A stretch of 63,284 bases of DNA, the filler included, from Stramenopiles sp. TOSAG23-3 (Eukaryota), in assembly GCA_900128585.1 (NCBI GenBank). It is 8 parts of 8 records of this genome, joined end to end, with 100 filler letters (N's around TTAATTAATTAA, not from the genome) between each part and the next. Parts side by side here need not be neighbours in the genome. Positions count along the whole stretch, not along the records: positions 26,530 to 35,258 come from LT642990.1; positions 35,359 to 44,065 come from LT642991.1; 6 more parts are not named here. One strand, 5' to 3'. Position numbers and translations under genes: made by a program. The notes beneath the pieces were generated by a model. The model did not search any database and was not told the DNA's origin. It worked only from the letters and a program-made list of their open reading frames with translations. Positions 33,401-42,399 of the stretch are shown in pieces; position 1 is the first letter of the stretch; each line of letters begins with the position of its first letter.

Positions 33401-35258
33401 TGATAACACTGGATTTACTCTTAGTGCGCTTCCACAAATCTATCCATCTAGATTTGGTTAGGTCCACAGGTGGCCGCATAGACAAAAGACAATCCTTGAT
33501 GCCATAATCAGCCAGGTCGTTTCTAATCAAAGAACGGCGAATAAAGAATACACCTTGCATGCGGTCATTGCCAGCTGCCATTTGTACTGTTAGAGTACGA
33601 AACGCAATAAACTGCTGATGCCAATGTGGTTTATTGCTGTTTAAAATGGCCAACTTTTCTTCTGTTGGAAACTTTGAAGTACGATCAGCAAGAAAAGCAA
33701 TATTTACTTTTGACATCCGTATGCAATTTATTGCAACAATTTTATGTTCCGGAGACCATCCCTCCCAAAATGCAAAAAATATCATATTATTGCTATTGTA
33801 AATTCTTTTGGATGCTCCCAACTGTTTTAATTTCTCCTTTAAATTTCCAGCTTTGTTCAACGCAACTCCAAAGTTGTACTCAAACTCGCCAAACGATTTT
33901 AGGCCTATACATGTATGTGCTGAAACTGCTGCATTTAGATTTCTTATAGCAGTTCCTAATGCATGTAAATCATGGAAAACCCCCGCAAAATAGTTTTTTA
34001 AATCATACCCAAAAGAATTCATTTGGGGAAATGCAATACGAAGAGCTTTTTGAGCATCCAGTACACCACATCCTGCTTCAATAATGCTGAAGGCAGAGGT
34101 CTTTAAACCTGACAGTTTCACAAGATACGCAAGCGTGCCCAGTACTTGTGCTAAGGACCGATCACACATGGTACCTGAGTGCCCATTGTCTGCATTGTGT
34201 GATAGTGCTTCCCATACAGCTTTCCACCCTGGAATTCGTCTTAAAGAAACCAGTAATGCTTCCATTTCCCGCTCCATTTCGCGAACGCGTTCCTTGTTAA
34301 TGTTTATTCGACGTTTAAATTGTTTGAAATTTTTGAAGAATCGTCTCCTTATATGGGACGGGTCAAGAGTACGATTCAACTTTAACTGGCGCTGAAGTTT
34401 CCGTATTGTTTTTACAGGAGTATAATGCTGACGTTTCTTTCTACCAGAATTTGGTATGCCGAGTTTTTTTCGATAAAAATTTGTAGCCTGTGCTGCAAAA
34501 GGAGCACGTTTGCTCTTCTTCTTCCTTAGCCGGTCTTTTTTCTTCTTCTTCATGTGACGTTCTAGTACAACTTTAACACGCCTTAAATAGTTTGTTTGTT
34601 TGAAGTACCCTGCCTTATGAAGTTGATTAAATACTGCTTTACGCCGTTCTGGTTGTCTATTAATATTGTGTTTTGAATGTACCTGCAGAATAAGCAATGC
34701 CTCAAAAGAAGTAATGGTTCGTTCTGGGTTACAAAGACAAAATTTTTTGTGCAAATCAAGAGATCTCCAACTAATTTCAGTACAAAAGTCACAATAACAG
34801 CATTTCCACTTGTGAGTGCCAGACTGTCTGCGCTGCACAGATTTCTGTTGCTTTAAAAGATAGTTTTGTAGTGATGCGAAACTGGACTCACCCAATATGG
34901 AGGCAACTGCACTATTAGTCATTGTGTCGTCGGAGGCAACTTCACTATTAGTCATTGTGTCGTCATTTTTGGAATTTTGATGTTGGGTGGGATGACGGCG
35001 GCGCCGACGTCGCCTACGGTGCCTACGGTGGTGCACCTTTTTTCCTGGGTCCTCTTTGCTACTATCTGAACCTGACGTAGATAATGATACGCTAGAAGCA
35101 TTCGATTCGGGTCCTGGCATAAATAATGATACGCTAGCAGCATTCGATTCGGGTACTGCCACAGATAATGATACGCTAGAAGCATTCGATTCGGGTACTG
35201 CCACAGATAATGATACGCTAGAAGCATTCGATTTGAGTCCTGCCATAGATAATGATAC
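30438..35258 (-). CDS. RAG1/Transib-like DDE transposase fused to class I SAM-methyltransferase-like domain and Zn fingers (>=1602 aa, possibly 5'-partial)
   Basis: Ordered motifs IHFDG (D972), PILIANVKED (E1014), ACDMKALNKLFG (D1064), CALH (H1220), LIGEQA and FRPY...SLGEVGLLEVMESYH (E1451/E1454) match RAG1 D600/E662/D708/H795/E959-E962. IIEAGCG...FGYDL is MTase motif I/II. CCYC...H...C is a Zn finger. Numbering is from ATG 35246. Confidence 0.75.
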   Translation of the reverse strand, partial: VSLSMAGLKSNASSVSLSVAVPESNASSVSLSVAVPESNAASVSLFMPGPESNASSVSLSTSGSDSSKEDPGKKVHHRRHRRRRRRRRHPTQHQNSKNDDTMTNSEVASDDTMTNSAVASILGESSFASLQNYLLKQQKSVQRRQSGTHKWKCCYCDFCTEISWRSLDLHKKFCLCNPERTITSFEALLILQVHSKHNINRQPERRKAVFNQLHKAGYFKQTNYLRRVKVVLERHMKKKKKDRLRKKKSKRAPFAAQATNFYRKKLGIPNSGRKKRQHYTPVKTIRKLQRQLKLNRTLDPSHIRRRFFKNFKQFKRRININKERVREMEREMEALLVSLRRIPGWKAVWEALSHNADNGHSGTMCDRSLAQVLGTLAYLVKLSGLKTSAFSIIEAGCGVLDAQKALRIAFPQMNSFGYDLKNYFAGVFHDLHALGTAIRNLNAAVSAHTCIGLKSFGEFEYNFGVALNKAGNLKEKLKQLGASKRIYNSNNMIFFAFWEGWSPEHKIVAINCIRMSKVNIAFLADRTSKFPTEEKLAILNSNKPHWHQQFIAFRTLTVQMAAGNDRMQGVFFIRRSLIRNDLADYGIKDCLLSMRPPVDLTKSRWIDLWKRTKSKSSVITLAAMQYFIVMKTPYTCSGLPTRWHVMEFTHTHDADELKKIVSKAVGLYMDSNWFCSGGHKWAQMVLRSALTGMTAEEKSLYAKINAKANMMIVSRDDICKEFFEKIDIVQDVNERNDVIGTVLNVHNSFECAKCPFSGTSKSVFIHCENDNNCVSTLDDLVHSSSSVDEIEFATEQDECVQNVIGLFGKFQENLTSNQRKGLVDERTKADIVKDLIEIIEFEIKAMNEEKRIKELLNRWRANVTVAQQKILSRTQKKLVHWRFVNATWYVPVGNETYPIKMSELSTNLDSETAKEMLRESGIEHFLAQSETVLKDHAYVKEFGQLMNYRIKMAINHYMRKESYIHGGTLYITIHFDGAPRTKSGQQKDQLIVLVRILNENISQTREQMIPILIANVKEDSAEAHILCGQIAESMLSFQKDVARHKLETVRSDGTIDYHTDVAYIPACDMKALNKLFGFADHRSPFCYPSAVFMCKQNSGYGTIGRNSENPFSIFAARQLTLEELKVVFRKRKEALRKHEETYSVRKGRKKRRRATEVRPFSEENLPKPVQMTPEILQFLREEVKKTPETDRAAFAKSMGIGLVNPEPLFGSEVTWAMVALCALHYKTTKVADLLALCTNSLAMYDEHMGHKIADKKELGPSLDYFLKALHRPIFRSKLIVYAEKTEILFLKTAAKANFAIYSESRKHLESFLGKDDICSRRLIGEQANQVLIHVEELLRVLQEAIKVHKKTGKPKTEKGMQDIFSSIYLMGIYSRELVYYMSASTHAEDKETKAKELTEIAEGYRRAAAKLEFLQVYCFPDLFRPYDLIATTVGPDVMDKLVSHGFSLGEVGLLEVMESYHQYVKSLPVYRSIVSSSTNKSSCLSKLIKILLTHTYGEMVDPQPLKEIRAQYVHHKSNTLTRESKSSYIKTFHDYDGVGCICGRCIENEDCMYCSYANISALDQLIQDAVGFLANGNATAKDVKVMAKRVKQRTKYIFMKGITVSR
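34899..34964. repeat. 33-bp tandem duplication (DDTMTNSxVAS x2)
   Basis: GGAGGCAACT(G/T)CACTATTAGTCATTGTGTCGTC occurs twice with one mismatch. Confidence 0.9.
35079..35258. repeat. 42-bp coding minisatellite (SNASSVSLSVAVPE-like), >=4.3 copies, runs off contig end
   Basis: ATAATGATAC recurs at 35081, 35123, 35165, 35207 and 35249. Confidence 0.92.
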
Positions 35259-35358
35259 NNNNNNNNNNNNNNNNNNNNNNNNNNNNNNNNNNNNNNNNNN
35301 NNTTAATTAATTAANNNNNNNNNNNNNNNNNNNNNNNNNNNNNNNNNNNNNNNNNNNN

Positions 35359-35713
35359 GATGTCTTCTTCCAGTGCTGCCGAAGGACTTCGGCGCATGCA
35401 GGAAGATCCTGATATTCGCGGCGAGGCTTTGGCAGCGGCGACGACGGTGCCCCAAGGAGGGACCCGTGGAGCAGCTCGGGCGTACCATAGTAGCGTGTGC
35501 ATGAAACTATCGTGTATTCCTTCCTTATCAGTCGAGTGTTTTCCCATGTCCGCAAACATCATGCTTCTCGACCCCGGCACTAGAAACACGTACCAGAATG
35601 CGATGGCAAAGCAGGCAGCTGGAGTAAACGCGTCCAACTATCAAGCGCATGGACGCACATATTCTACAGTACGGAGAAAAATCACTGGCCCCCGAGTCTT
35701 CCTCAAATGCTGA
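35359..35713 (+). CDS. Possible 3' fragment of an unknown gene
   Basis: GC-richer open frame from the contig start to TGA 35713. No motif recognised, and the opposite strand is also open. Confidence 0.3.
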
Positions 35714-35855
35714 TTGATTCGTTGTGTTTTCTAATCGTGATACATTTGAGTCAGTGTTTTATGTGTGGAATTTAAAATATATTTGTGAACTCGTAGGGAT
35801 TTCAAACCGCTAGAGATGAAAATTGAGTGTTATTTGAAATTTAAGCAACGCGTCG

Positions 35856-36668
35856 CTATCTATTTTGATTTCTCCGCCTATGGCGACGAAACGCTTTCTG
35901 CAAGGTCCAAACTGCATGCAATGCGGGTGCCATTTCATATTCCCCACCACTTTCCTCGACATGTTCTACCCATGCAGCAGGCTCATCCCATTGGGATTCA
36001 CCAGTGTTTTCCTCATAATAATAATACGATTGGGATGCTTCGTCCCATAATCTAAACCATCGGGGTTGGTATTCTTGCAACGCGGCACTTTGCCACCAAG
36101 AGTTGAGATTACTTTGCCATTCCTGGAGGTATTCCACCGTTTTCTCCGAGTACTCGGCCATTTCTTCATTGTATTTCTTCCAATACTTCTCAACTTCGGA
36201 AGAATAGTTTGCTACGTCGGCCTTTGTCTGCTGCTGCAACTGCTCCCATGCGGCCGCTTTCTTGCGCCACTCTTCTATGGCATTCGCTATTTCGAAAGCA
36301 GAATCTAAGTGAGAGAGAACGGGGGGCCGAGGTGGACCGTCGGCTTCATCAGTTTGTTCATTCGCGTTGGGCAGGAATTGCCTTCCTACAGATTCAATAT
36401 TGCATCTGCAAAGCGGACAAGTAATTAATTGTGACGCACAGCTGCGGCATATATTTTGGTGCGCGCACGGGTGTAAAACTGCGTCTGCGCGCCTATCGTA
36501 GCATATAACACACAGCTCTTCTTGGTCAGAATCGTCGCCTGTTCCATACGCAGTAACAGTTGGTTGCTGTTGTACTGCCACATCTCTCGCATGAGACGCC
36601 GAGTGCACTCGCAAGTGCACCGAATTTTTGAAGGAGCGGGCGCAAGTCGGACATATGAACCGTGCCAT
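35856..36668 (-). CDS. C2H2 zinc finger / RING finger / WW / IQ protein (putative E3 ligase)
   Basis: C2H2 FICPTCARSFKNSVHLRVHSASH, RING CVICYD...PCAHQNICRSC...CPLCR, WW WFRLWDEASQSYYYYEENTGESQWDEP and IQ-like LQKAFRRH. ATG at 36668. Confidence 0.85.
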   Translation of the reverse strand: MARFICPTCARSFKNSVHLRVHSASHARDVAVQQQPTVTAYGTGDDSDQEELCVICYDRRADAVLHPCAHQNICRSCASQLITCPLCRCNIESVGRQFLPNANEQTDEADGPPRPPVLSHLDSAFEIANAIEEWRKKAAAWEQLQQQTKADVANYSSEVEKYWKKYNEEMAEYSEKTVEYLQEWQSNLNSWWQSAALQEYQPRWFRLWDEASQSYYYYEENTGESQWDEPAAWVEHVEESGGEYEMAPALHAVWTLQKAFRRHRRRNQNR

Positions 36669-37870
36669 ACCGGAAGTCAGCTTGACTGTACAAAACTGTT
36701 TATTTTTCAGGTTCCCCAGAGAAGCCGAAGCGAACGACGAGCACTTTGCTGAATTGTCTGTCACGCCAAAGGCATCAAAATGCGGATGAAATTAGCTTTA
36801 AGGTGGTAAAGGCAAACTCAAGACTCCAGAGGGCAGGTGGATATTATTCTTTGCTATTTTAGTCGTCTACTCCGTTCTTCTTCTTCGTGCAGTTGTTTTT
36901 AGTCGTACCAGGTATTTGATTATAATATAATATTTAGGAATATTTAGGAAAAATATTATACAGTAGCATCATAATTGTTGTTTTTATTTTTTTTTATATT
37001 ATTATTTTAGATAGAAGGATCTAGAAAGAAGACGACGACTTATTTTTAATAGTCTATAATATATTGACTAATAATAGATAATAAAAATAACTTATTTGAC
37101 GACTACCACCCCAGCGGGTTTACCTTTTGTATAGACTTATAAAAAATAATAATTAAAAATGACAACAACCACAGCAGTACATCTCATTATTATTATTATT
37201 ATTATGAAATTGGAAGAAGTGGTTCAGTATTAAATATTAATTAATACAAACACCACCACTTTGGAAGGAAAAGAAAAAACCAAGAAGGAAAGAAGTTCGG
37301 GTTTCAGTATTAATATTTTAGCTAATAAATATTTATTAAAATGATGTACGACGAGGACAAGGAATTATCAATGGATTAAATTATAAAAAAGTTTTTTTGA
37401 CAAATCAGAGGGATGGAGGAGGAGGAGGAGAGGAGGAATTCATTCAGAAAAAAAGAAGAAGAGAGAAGAAAGAAGAAGGCCGTTGAGAGTTATTATAAGG
37501 CAAATAGCGGGGAAAAAACGTTGTTCAATTAAATAAAAATATTATTATTATAATTTTTTATTATTATTATTTATTAGTCGTCTCTTATTATACCTGGTAC
37601 ATAATAATACACAAAAAAATAATAATATATAATAATTAATAATAAAGAGAATCGATCGGCGGGGAATTGTACGACAGTTGTTATAGAGTGGACTATACAG
37701 TAGTTTAAAATAATAAAGAAAGAAGAATAGAAGAGGGGAAAAAAGTTCTTCTTCGTTTAAATAGATATGTCATTTGAAGAGAGTGTTGCTGTTTGATTTC
37801 TCAAGGAGTGTCCGTTGCCGTTTGGTGGAGGACTTTGAGACCACGCGGTTTATTGGCGAGGTAGAAAAGT

Positions 37871-38983
37871 ATGGGTTGTGCAGGCTCTAGTACCCGGCCC
37901 GCCGTGCAGGACGAGAAAAATGCAGGTAACGACGAGGGGGGAGGGAAGGCGAGACGAAATATAAGCCGGAGAAATACAATCAATGGGCCCTTGGGAATTG
38001 ACATGGAAGGGTCAAAATACGCAGTAAAGGTAGATGCAAGTAAGCCGAATTACGGTGAAATAGACAGTGAAGGGGCGCAGCCAGCGGGGGGCACGGTGGC
38101 AACGGGCTTGCCGATCGTTTATGGTAGCAGAAGCCGCCCTGGTTTCAACCCGACAAAGCGCCGAAAAAAGAACCAGGACTGCTTCGTGGTACAAGAGAAG
38201 TTTTGTGAGAGGGACGACCAGATTTTTGTTGGGGTGTTTGATGGCCATGGAGTCAATGGAAAAAATGCGTCTCATTTTTGTAGAAAATCCCTTCCCAAAA
38301 ACTGCCGCAGGGGTTTGGAGAAGTTCGATGGTAACGCCGAGGCGTGCGCGAACGAGGGGCGGTTGCGGGACGTGGTCAAGACAGGTTGCGCTAATACTAG
38401 CAGTGCGCTGGCGAACAGTTCTATTGACGTGTACGTTAGCGGGACCACCTGCATATCTAGCATAATTTGTGGTAGAAAAATGTGGACCATGAACGTGGGG
38501 GATAGCCGAGCGGTTATGGGGAAGTCCATCAACGGGCGGGTGAAAGCGGTGGATTTGTCGACAGACCAAAAGCCCGATCGAAAAGACGAAGAAGTCCGTA
38601 TTTTGAAAAAGGGTGGAAGAGTTTTTGAGTGGGGGGTGCCGCGTGTGTGGCTTAAAGACGTAGATATGCCCGGCTTGGCCATGTCACGGTCGTTTGGGGA
38701 TTTAGCAGCAGAATCAGTAGGCGTTCACGCCATCCCAGAGATTAAGGAGACGTTTTTGGGGTTGGGCTGTAAGTTTTTAATATTTGCCTCTGACGGAGTT
38801 TGGGAATTCATCAGTTCGCAGGAGGCGGTCGATATTGTTTCGACGTGTTACAAGAACTCCAAGAGTCCGCAAGAGGCCTGCAAGGTATTGGTTGATGAAA
38901 GCGTCAGCCGTTGGAAACGCAACGACGATAGCATTGACGATACCACAGCGGTGGTCATGTACTTGAATTTTGACGAGCGGTAA
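37871..38983 (+). CDS. Protein phosphatase 2C (PPM family), N-terminally acylated
   Basis: NQD, VFDGHG, NVGDSRA, GLAMSRSFGD, ASDGVWE and DDTT motifs. MGCAGS is a myristoylation/palmitoylation motif. Confidence 0.95.
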   Translation: MGCAGSSTRPAVQDEKNAGNDEGGGKARRNISRRNTINGPLGIDMEGSKYAVKVDASKPNYGEIDSEGAQPAGGTVATGLPIVYGSRSRPGFNPTKRRKKNQDCFVVQEKFCERDDQIFVGVFDGHGVNGKNASHFCRKSLPKNCRRGLEKFDGNAEACANEGRLRDVVKTGCANTSSALANSSIDVYVSGTTCISSIICGRKMWTMNVGDSRAVMGKSINGRVKAVDLSTDQKPDRKDEEVRILKKGGRVFEWGVPRVWLKDVDMPGLAMSRSFGDLAAESVGVHAIPEIKETFLGLGCKFLIFASDGVWEFISSQEAVDIVSTCYKNSKSPQEACKVLVDESVSRWKRNDDSIDDTTAVVMYLNFDER

Positions 38984-39368
38984 ATAGAGAAGAAAAAGGC
39001 GCGCGGTGGACAGCGGTGTATAAGATGTCACGATGTTAAAATTTATAAAAAAAACAAAAATTATATAGTATAATAAATCATTCGCGTAAAAATTAGAGAG
39101 AGACAATGATAATCAATAAGAATAATTTAAACTTCGTGCCCGCCATATTGTTATATTTTCAAACAGAACAAAGTGCACTACCAAAAGCGGACTGTTGTGC
39201 GTTCAACATTTACTCGCGTCGGCAAAAACATTTTTACGAACTCTCTCTGCTTCGTACTGAAATGCATATCAGAAGAGGCACTATCTTATATTTACAGATT
39301 TGTAACACGGTCAAACAAAACGGTGTGGTTGGTGCGTTTGGAGAGTGCGAGTGGCACAAAAAGCCGTT

Positions 39369-40226
39369 TCAGCTGGTGGCATTGTCCAAGAAATCGTTTT
39401 GCATTTCTGCCATGTGTTTCATGGCGTTTTTATACATTTCTTCGTTTACGTTTTTGATGGAAAAATACAGGTGATACTTTCGTAAGTGGTTCTGAAGCTC
39501 TATTTTTCTCATTACTACGAAGCCAGCCTCCGACAGAAGCGCCGAGCGATTATCACTGTGAGAAATCAGAAAGAAAATATTGCTGGTGACCCTATATATT
39601 TCGTTCAAAATTTTCAACACCTCCGGATGCTGCTGTTTCAGCTGCTCAAGTGAAACGTCATCGTTAACCCCTGTCAAAAGGGCGTCTAGGGTGCCCTTGT
39701 CAATAGAAACATCAAACGATTTTTCATTAAAAGTCATTTCACACGCGTCCATTTTCAAAAACTTAAGCCGTTTCTCGCCCACATACTTTTCGTTCAGTAC
39801 TCGAACGGCGGATTCGGAAATGTCGATTCCAGTGACCCTGCCGTAGTTGGCCTCGCATATACTCCAAGGAAGCAGACTCATGCCACAGCCTACGTCCAAA
39901 AATGATAAATCTGCTGGTGGATCTGGCAAGAATCGCGTAAAACTAGGTGCAATCATGGCAAAATCAACGAACCATTCGTTCCGCTCAACACCCACGTCAC
40001 TCAACGACGACTTGGCATAGCGGTCCTCCCAATACCTTGCAGAGGAGTAGAAGGATTTGTTCCCTCTTTTCGTCATATTCCTCCGACTGCGCTTACAGCA
40101 CACGTCACACTCTCCTGCATCATGCTCAACCTTCAAGTGAATGCACTGTTTGCGGGAGTGGCCGTTTACTCCACAGTATTTACAAGTTTCTTCTGCACTA
40201 GCGGCCGTCGTTGTGAGCGTGGCCAT
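39369..40226 (-). CDS. EEF1AKMT4/METTL13-like SAM methyltransferase with N-terminal CCHC zinc knuckle
   Basis: YWEDRY, EWF, LDVGCG, GIDIS, MDA and DKGTLDAL motifs. CKYCGVNGHSRKQC knuckle. Confidence 0.85.
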   Translation of the reverse strand: MATLTTTAASAEETCKYCGVNGHSRKQCIHLKVEHDAGECDVCCKRSRRNMTKRGNKSFYSSARYWEDRYAKSSLSDVGVERNEWFVDFAMIAPSFTRFLPDPPADLSFLDVGCGMSLLPWSICEANYGRVTGIDISESAVRVLNEKYVGEKRLKFLKMDACEMTFNEKSFDVSIDKGTLDALLTGVNDDVSLEQLKQQHPEVLKILNEIYRVTSNIFFLISHSDNRSALLSEAGFVVMRKIELQNHLRKYHLYFSIKNVNEEMYKNAMKHMAEMQNDFLDNATS

Positions 40227-40857
40227 ATACTTTCAATCGGACCACCGCCCTGTTAATGGTAAGTTAAACTTTCTTTCTTAGAACGAGGGTAAGTATTACA
40301 TTGGAGGAAACGTATAAGTTAAATGACTTTTCACACGCCTTTGTTCAATTCCATCACTATTTTATTCAAACATGCTATAAATTGAATTGCCTTTTGCTTT
40401 TTTTATCGTAATAAATAATAATAATTATTATTTTATTATTATTATTATATTATTAAATTCAACAAAAAAAATACAAACAACACCACAACAATATACACAA
40501 AAATAATAAAAAAAAATAATAATAAAATATCGATTTTATAATTTGATAATAATGTTACATTACTTGGTATTACACTACCAGGTACCAGGGTTATAGTTAC
40601 ATTTAATAATTTAAATAAATAAAGTGCATTGGTCATTATTATTGTACATAAATATTCGTATTCTACTAATATAGAAATACCATTGAGAACAAAACAAACG
40701 TTGACTTTCTTATCATCTCCTACGAGGATACCTTCGTATACCTTCCTTCCTCCTTTCCGACTCTTATTAAAAATTATGAATGTGTAATTTAAAATTTTCA
40801 TCTGTATTCTATTTTGACTGTATCCCCCCCCCCCCCTCTAAATCATTCTTTCCCATC

Positions 40858-42399
40858 TTACTTTTTCGTAGAGTTGCCGTCACCACCCAATCCTTCGTAA
40901 CAAGTGGATCCTTGATGGTTCTTAACCGCTGGGTCTGCACCCTTCGAGATCAAATACTGCCCGAGTGTGTCACCATAACCGTACGTAAAGCAAAAATGAA
41001 GCGGCGTGTTGCCTTTGTAATTTCGCGCGTTTATATCCGCACCACGACGCAGCGCTAACTTTGCCATCTTTTTCAAGCCGTTCTGGCACGCTATCGCGAG
41101 AATGGTGTTTCCAAACTTGTCACGAATGTTCACGGGGATGCCGTGATCCAAATACGCCGACACCTCTGGGACTCTCCCATGCCTCGCGGCACTAATAACG
41201 CCCTGGATGTCCTCTTCGCTCGGGGTGGCAGTCAACAGGGAGCTCCCAGGACCTACGGTGCTGATGCTGCTCCCGCCGCTTTCCACCCGCTTTCTCCCTT
41301 TTGCGGCGCCGGGGCTGGGCTCTCCATGATATACAGGGGGGGGATGTCCGCCGTGGTCACTCCCGTCGTGGTACGCGTGCTGCTGTTGGCCCTGGGCCGA
41401 TGGGTGCACCTCGCTGTGGTAGGCGTGCCCTTCGTGGGCCGCGTACTGCAGCCCTGCCACCGGCTCGCCATACTTTGTCCCGTAGTCCGACCCCGCAGAT
41501 TGGTACCCGTCCTGCCTCGGGCGCGGCTGGCCTCGCGGGTACGGTTGCGCGGGTTGGTGGTGAACCCCGCCCCCCCCATTGGGATAGTACTGCCCGGGGG
41601 GCTGCTGGTGCTGTGCCTGCGGGTGCGGTCGGTGATGCGCCGCCGGCCGTGGTTGCGGATGGTACCCTGGTCCGCCGTGGTAGTGGTGGCTGCCTCTTGG
41701 GGCAGCCGCACGCGGCTGTTGGTGGTAATGTTGCGGGTCCAACGGGTGGCCGCCGTAGGAGGGGCTTGGCCCGTAGTAGCCGTTGCTCGAGGGGGGTTGC
41801 TGGTGGTGGGGGTTTGGTGGAGCCCCCCCCCCGTAATGCGGTTGCTGGTAATGTTGTTGTGGGGCACCACGGCTGGGTGGGTATCCGCCGCCGTAAGGGG
41901 GGGCGTGCTGCGGCCCTGCGTACGCCCCCTGCGGGTGGCTCGGCGGCGGCTGCTGGTACGTATAGCCAGGGTGACCCTGGTGTTGCTGTGGTGGGTACTG
42001 TACAGGGTGGGGGGGCTGCTGTTGCTGGTAATGGCCATACGGCGGCCCGCCTTCCGCGCTCTTGTACCCGTAGGACTCCTGCGCGTGCGGCACGTGCCCG
42101 CCCGCGACGAACGGCATTTGAACCGATCGGTTGTGCCCCCCCTGCGCGCCATACTCTCCCTCGCGCCCGGAGTAAGCCTCCCTGCCGGAGTAGAAACCCT
42201 CCATTTCACTGTCGGAGCCCATTGGAGTAACGTTCCCCCCCCTCGGCGTTATGTACTCGGTGTCGGACGTGAACGACCTCGCGGAACTATATCCGCGGGC
42301 GCCCTCGCCCTCGTTGTCCGACGCGCTGGAGTACCCCGCCGCCCGAGCGTTTGCTCGCGGTGTGGAAAACTGCCCTTCGTCCGATCTATCCGTGTCCAT
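40858..42399 (-). CDS. Ankyrin-repeat protein with long P/Q/Y/H/G-rich low-complexity region
   Basis: C-terminal ANK repeats (GNTILAIACQNG, GADINARNYKGNTPLHFC, GADP). Confidence 0.85.
   Translation of the reverse strand: MDTDRSDEGQFSTPRANARAAGYSSASDNEGEGARGYSSARSFTSDTEYITPRGGNVTPMGSDSEMEGFYSGREAYSGREGEYGAQGGHNRSVQMPFVAGGHVPHAQESYGYKSAEGGPPYGHYQQQQPPHPVQYPPQQHQGHPGYTYQQPPPSHPQGAYAGPQHAPPYGGGYPPSRGAPQQHYQQPHYGGGAPPNPHHQQPPSSNGYYGPSPSYGGHPLDPQHYHQQPRAAAPRGSHHYHGGPGYHPQPRPAAHHRPHPQAQHQQPPGQYYPNGGGGVHHQPAQPYPRGQPRPRQDGYQSAGSDYGTKYGEPVAGLQYAAHEGHAYHSEVHPSAQGQQQHAYHDGSDHGGHPPPVYHGEPSPGAAKGRKRVESGGSSISTVGPGSSLLTATPSEEDIQGVISAARHGRVPEVSAYLDHGIPVNIRDKFGNTILAIACQNGLKKMAKLALRRGADINARNYKGNTPLHFCFTYGYGDTLGQYLISKGADPAVKNHQGSTCYEGLGGDGNSTKK

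Larger units (their letters stand above)
26530..35258. mobile_element. Putative RAG1-like (Transib-related) DNA transposon with cargo genes; termini not captured
   Basis: The whole contig holds only a transposase-like ORF and two non-housekeeping ORFs, with AT-richer codon use than genes such as SMC1 or PP2C. No TIR or TSD is visible. Confidence 0.55.

Noticed and set aside
35079-35258. 42-bp repeats as a CRISPR array
   Set aside because: The units are head-to-tail with no unique spacers, are in-frame coding, and no cas genes are present in this eukaryotic context.
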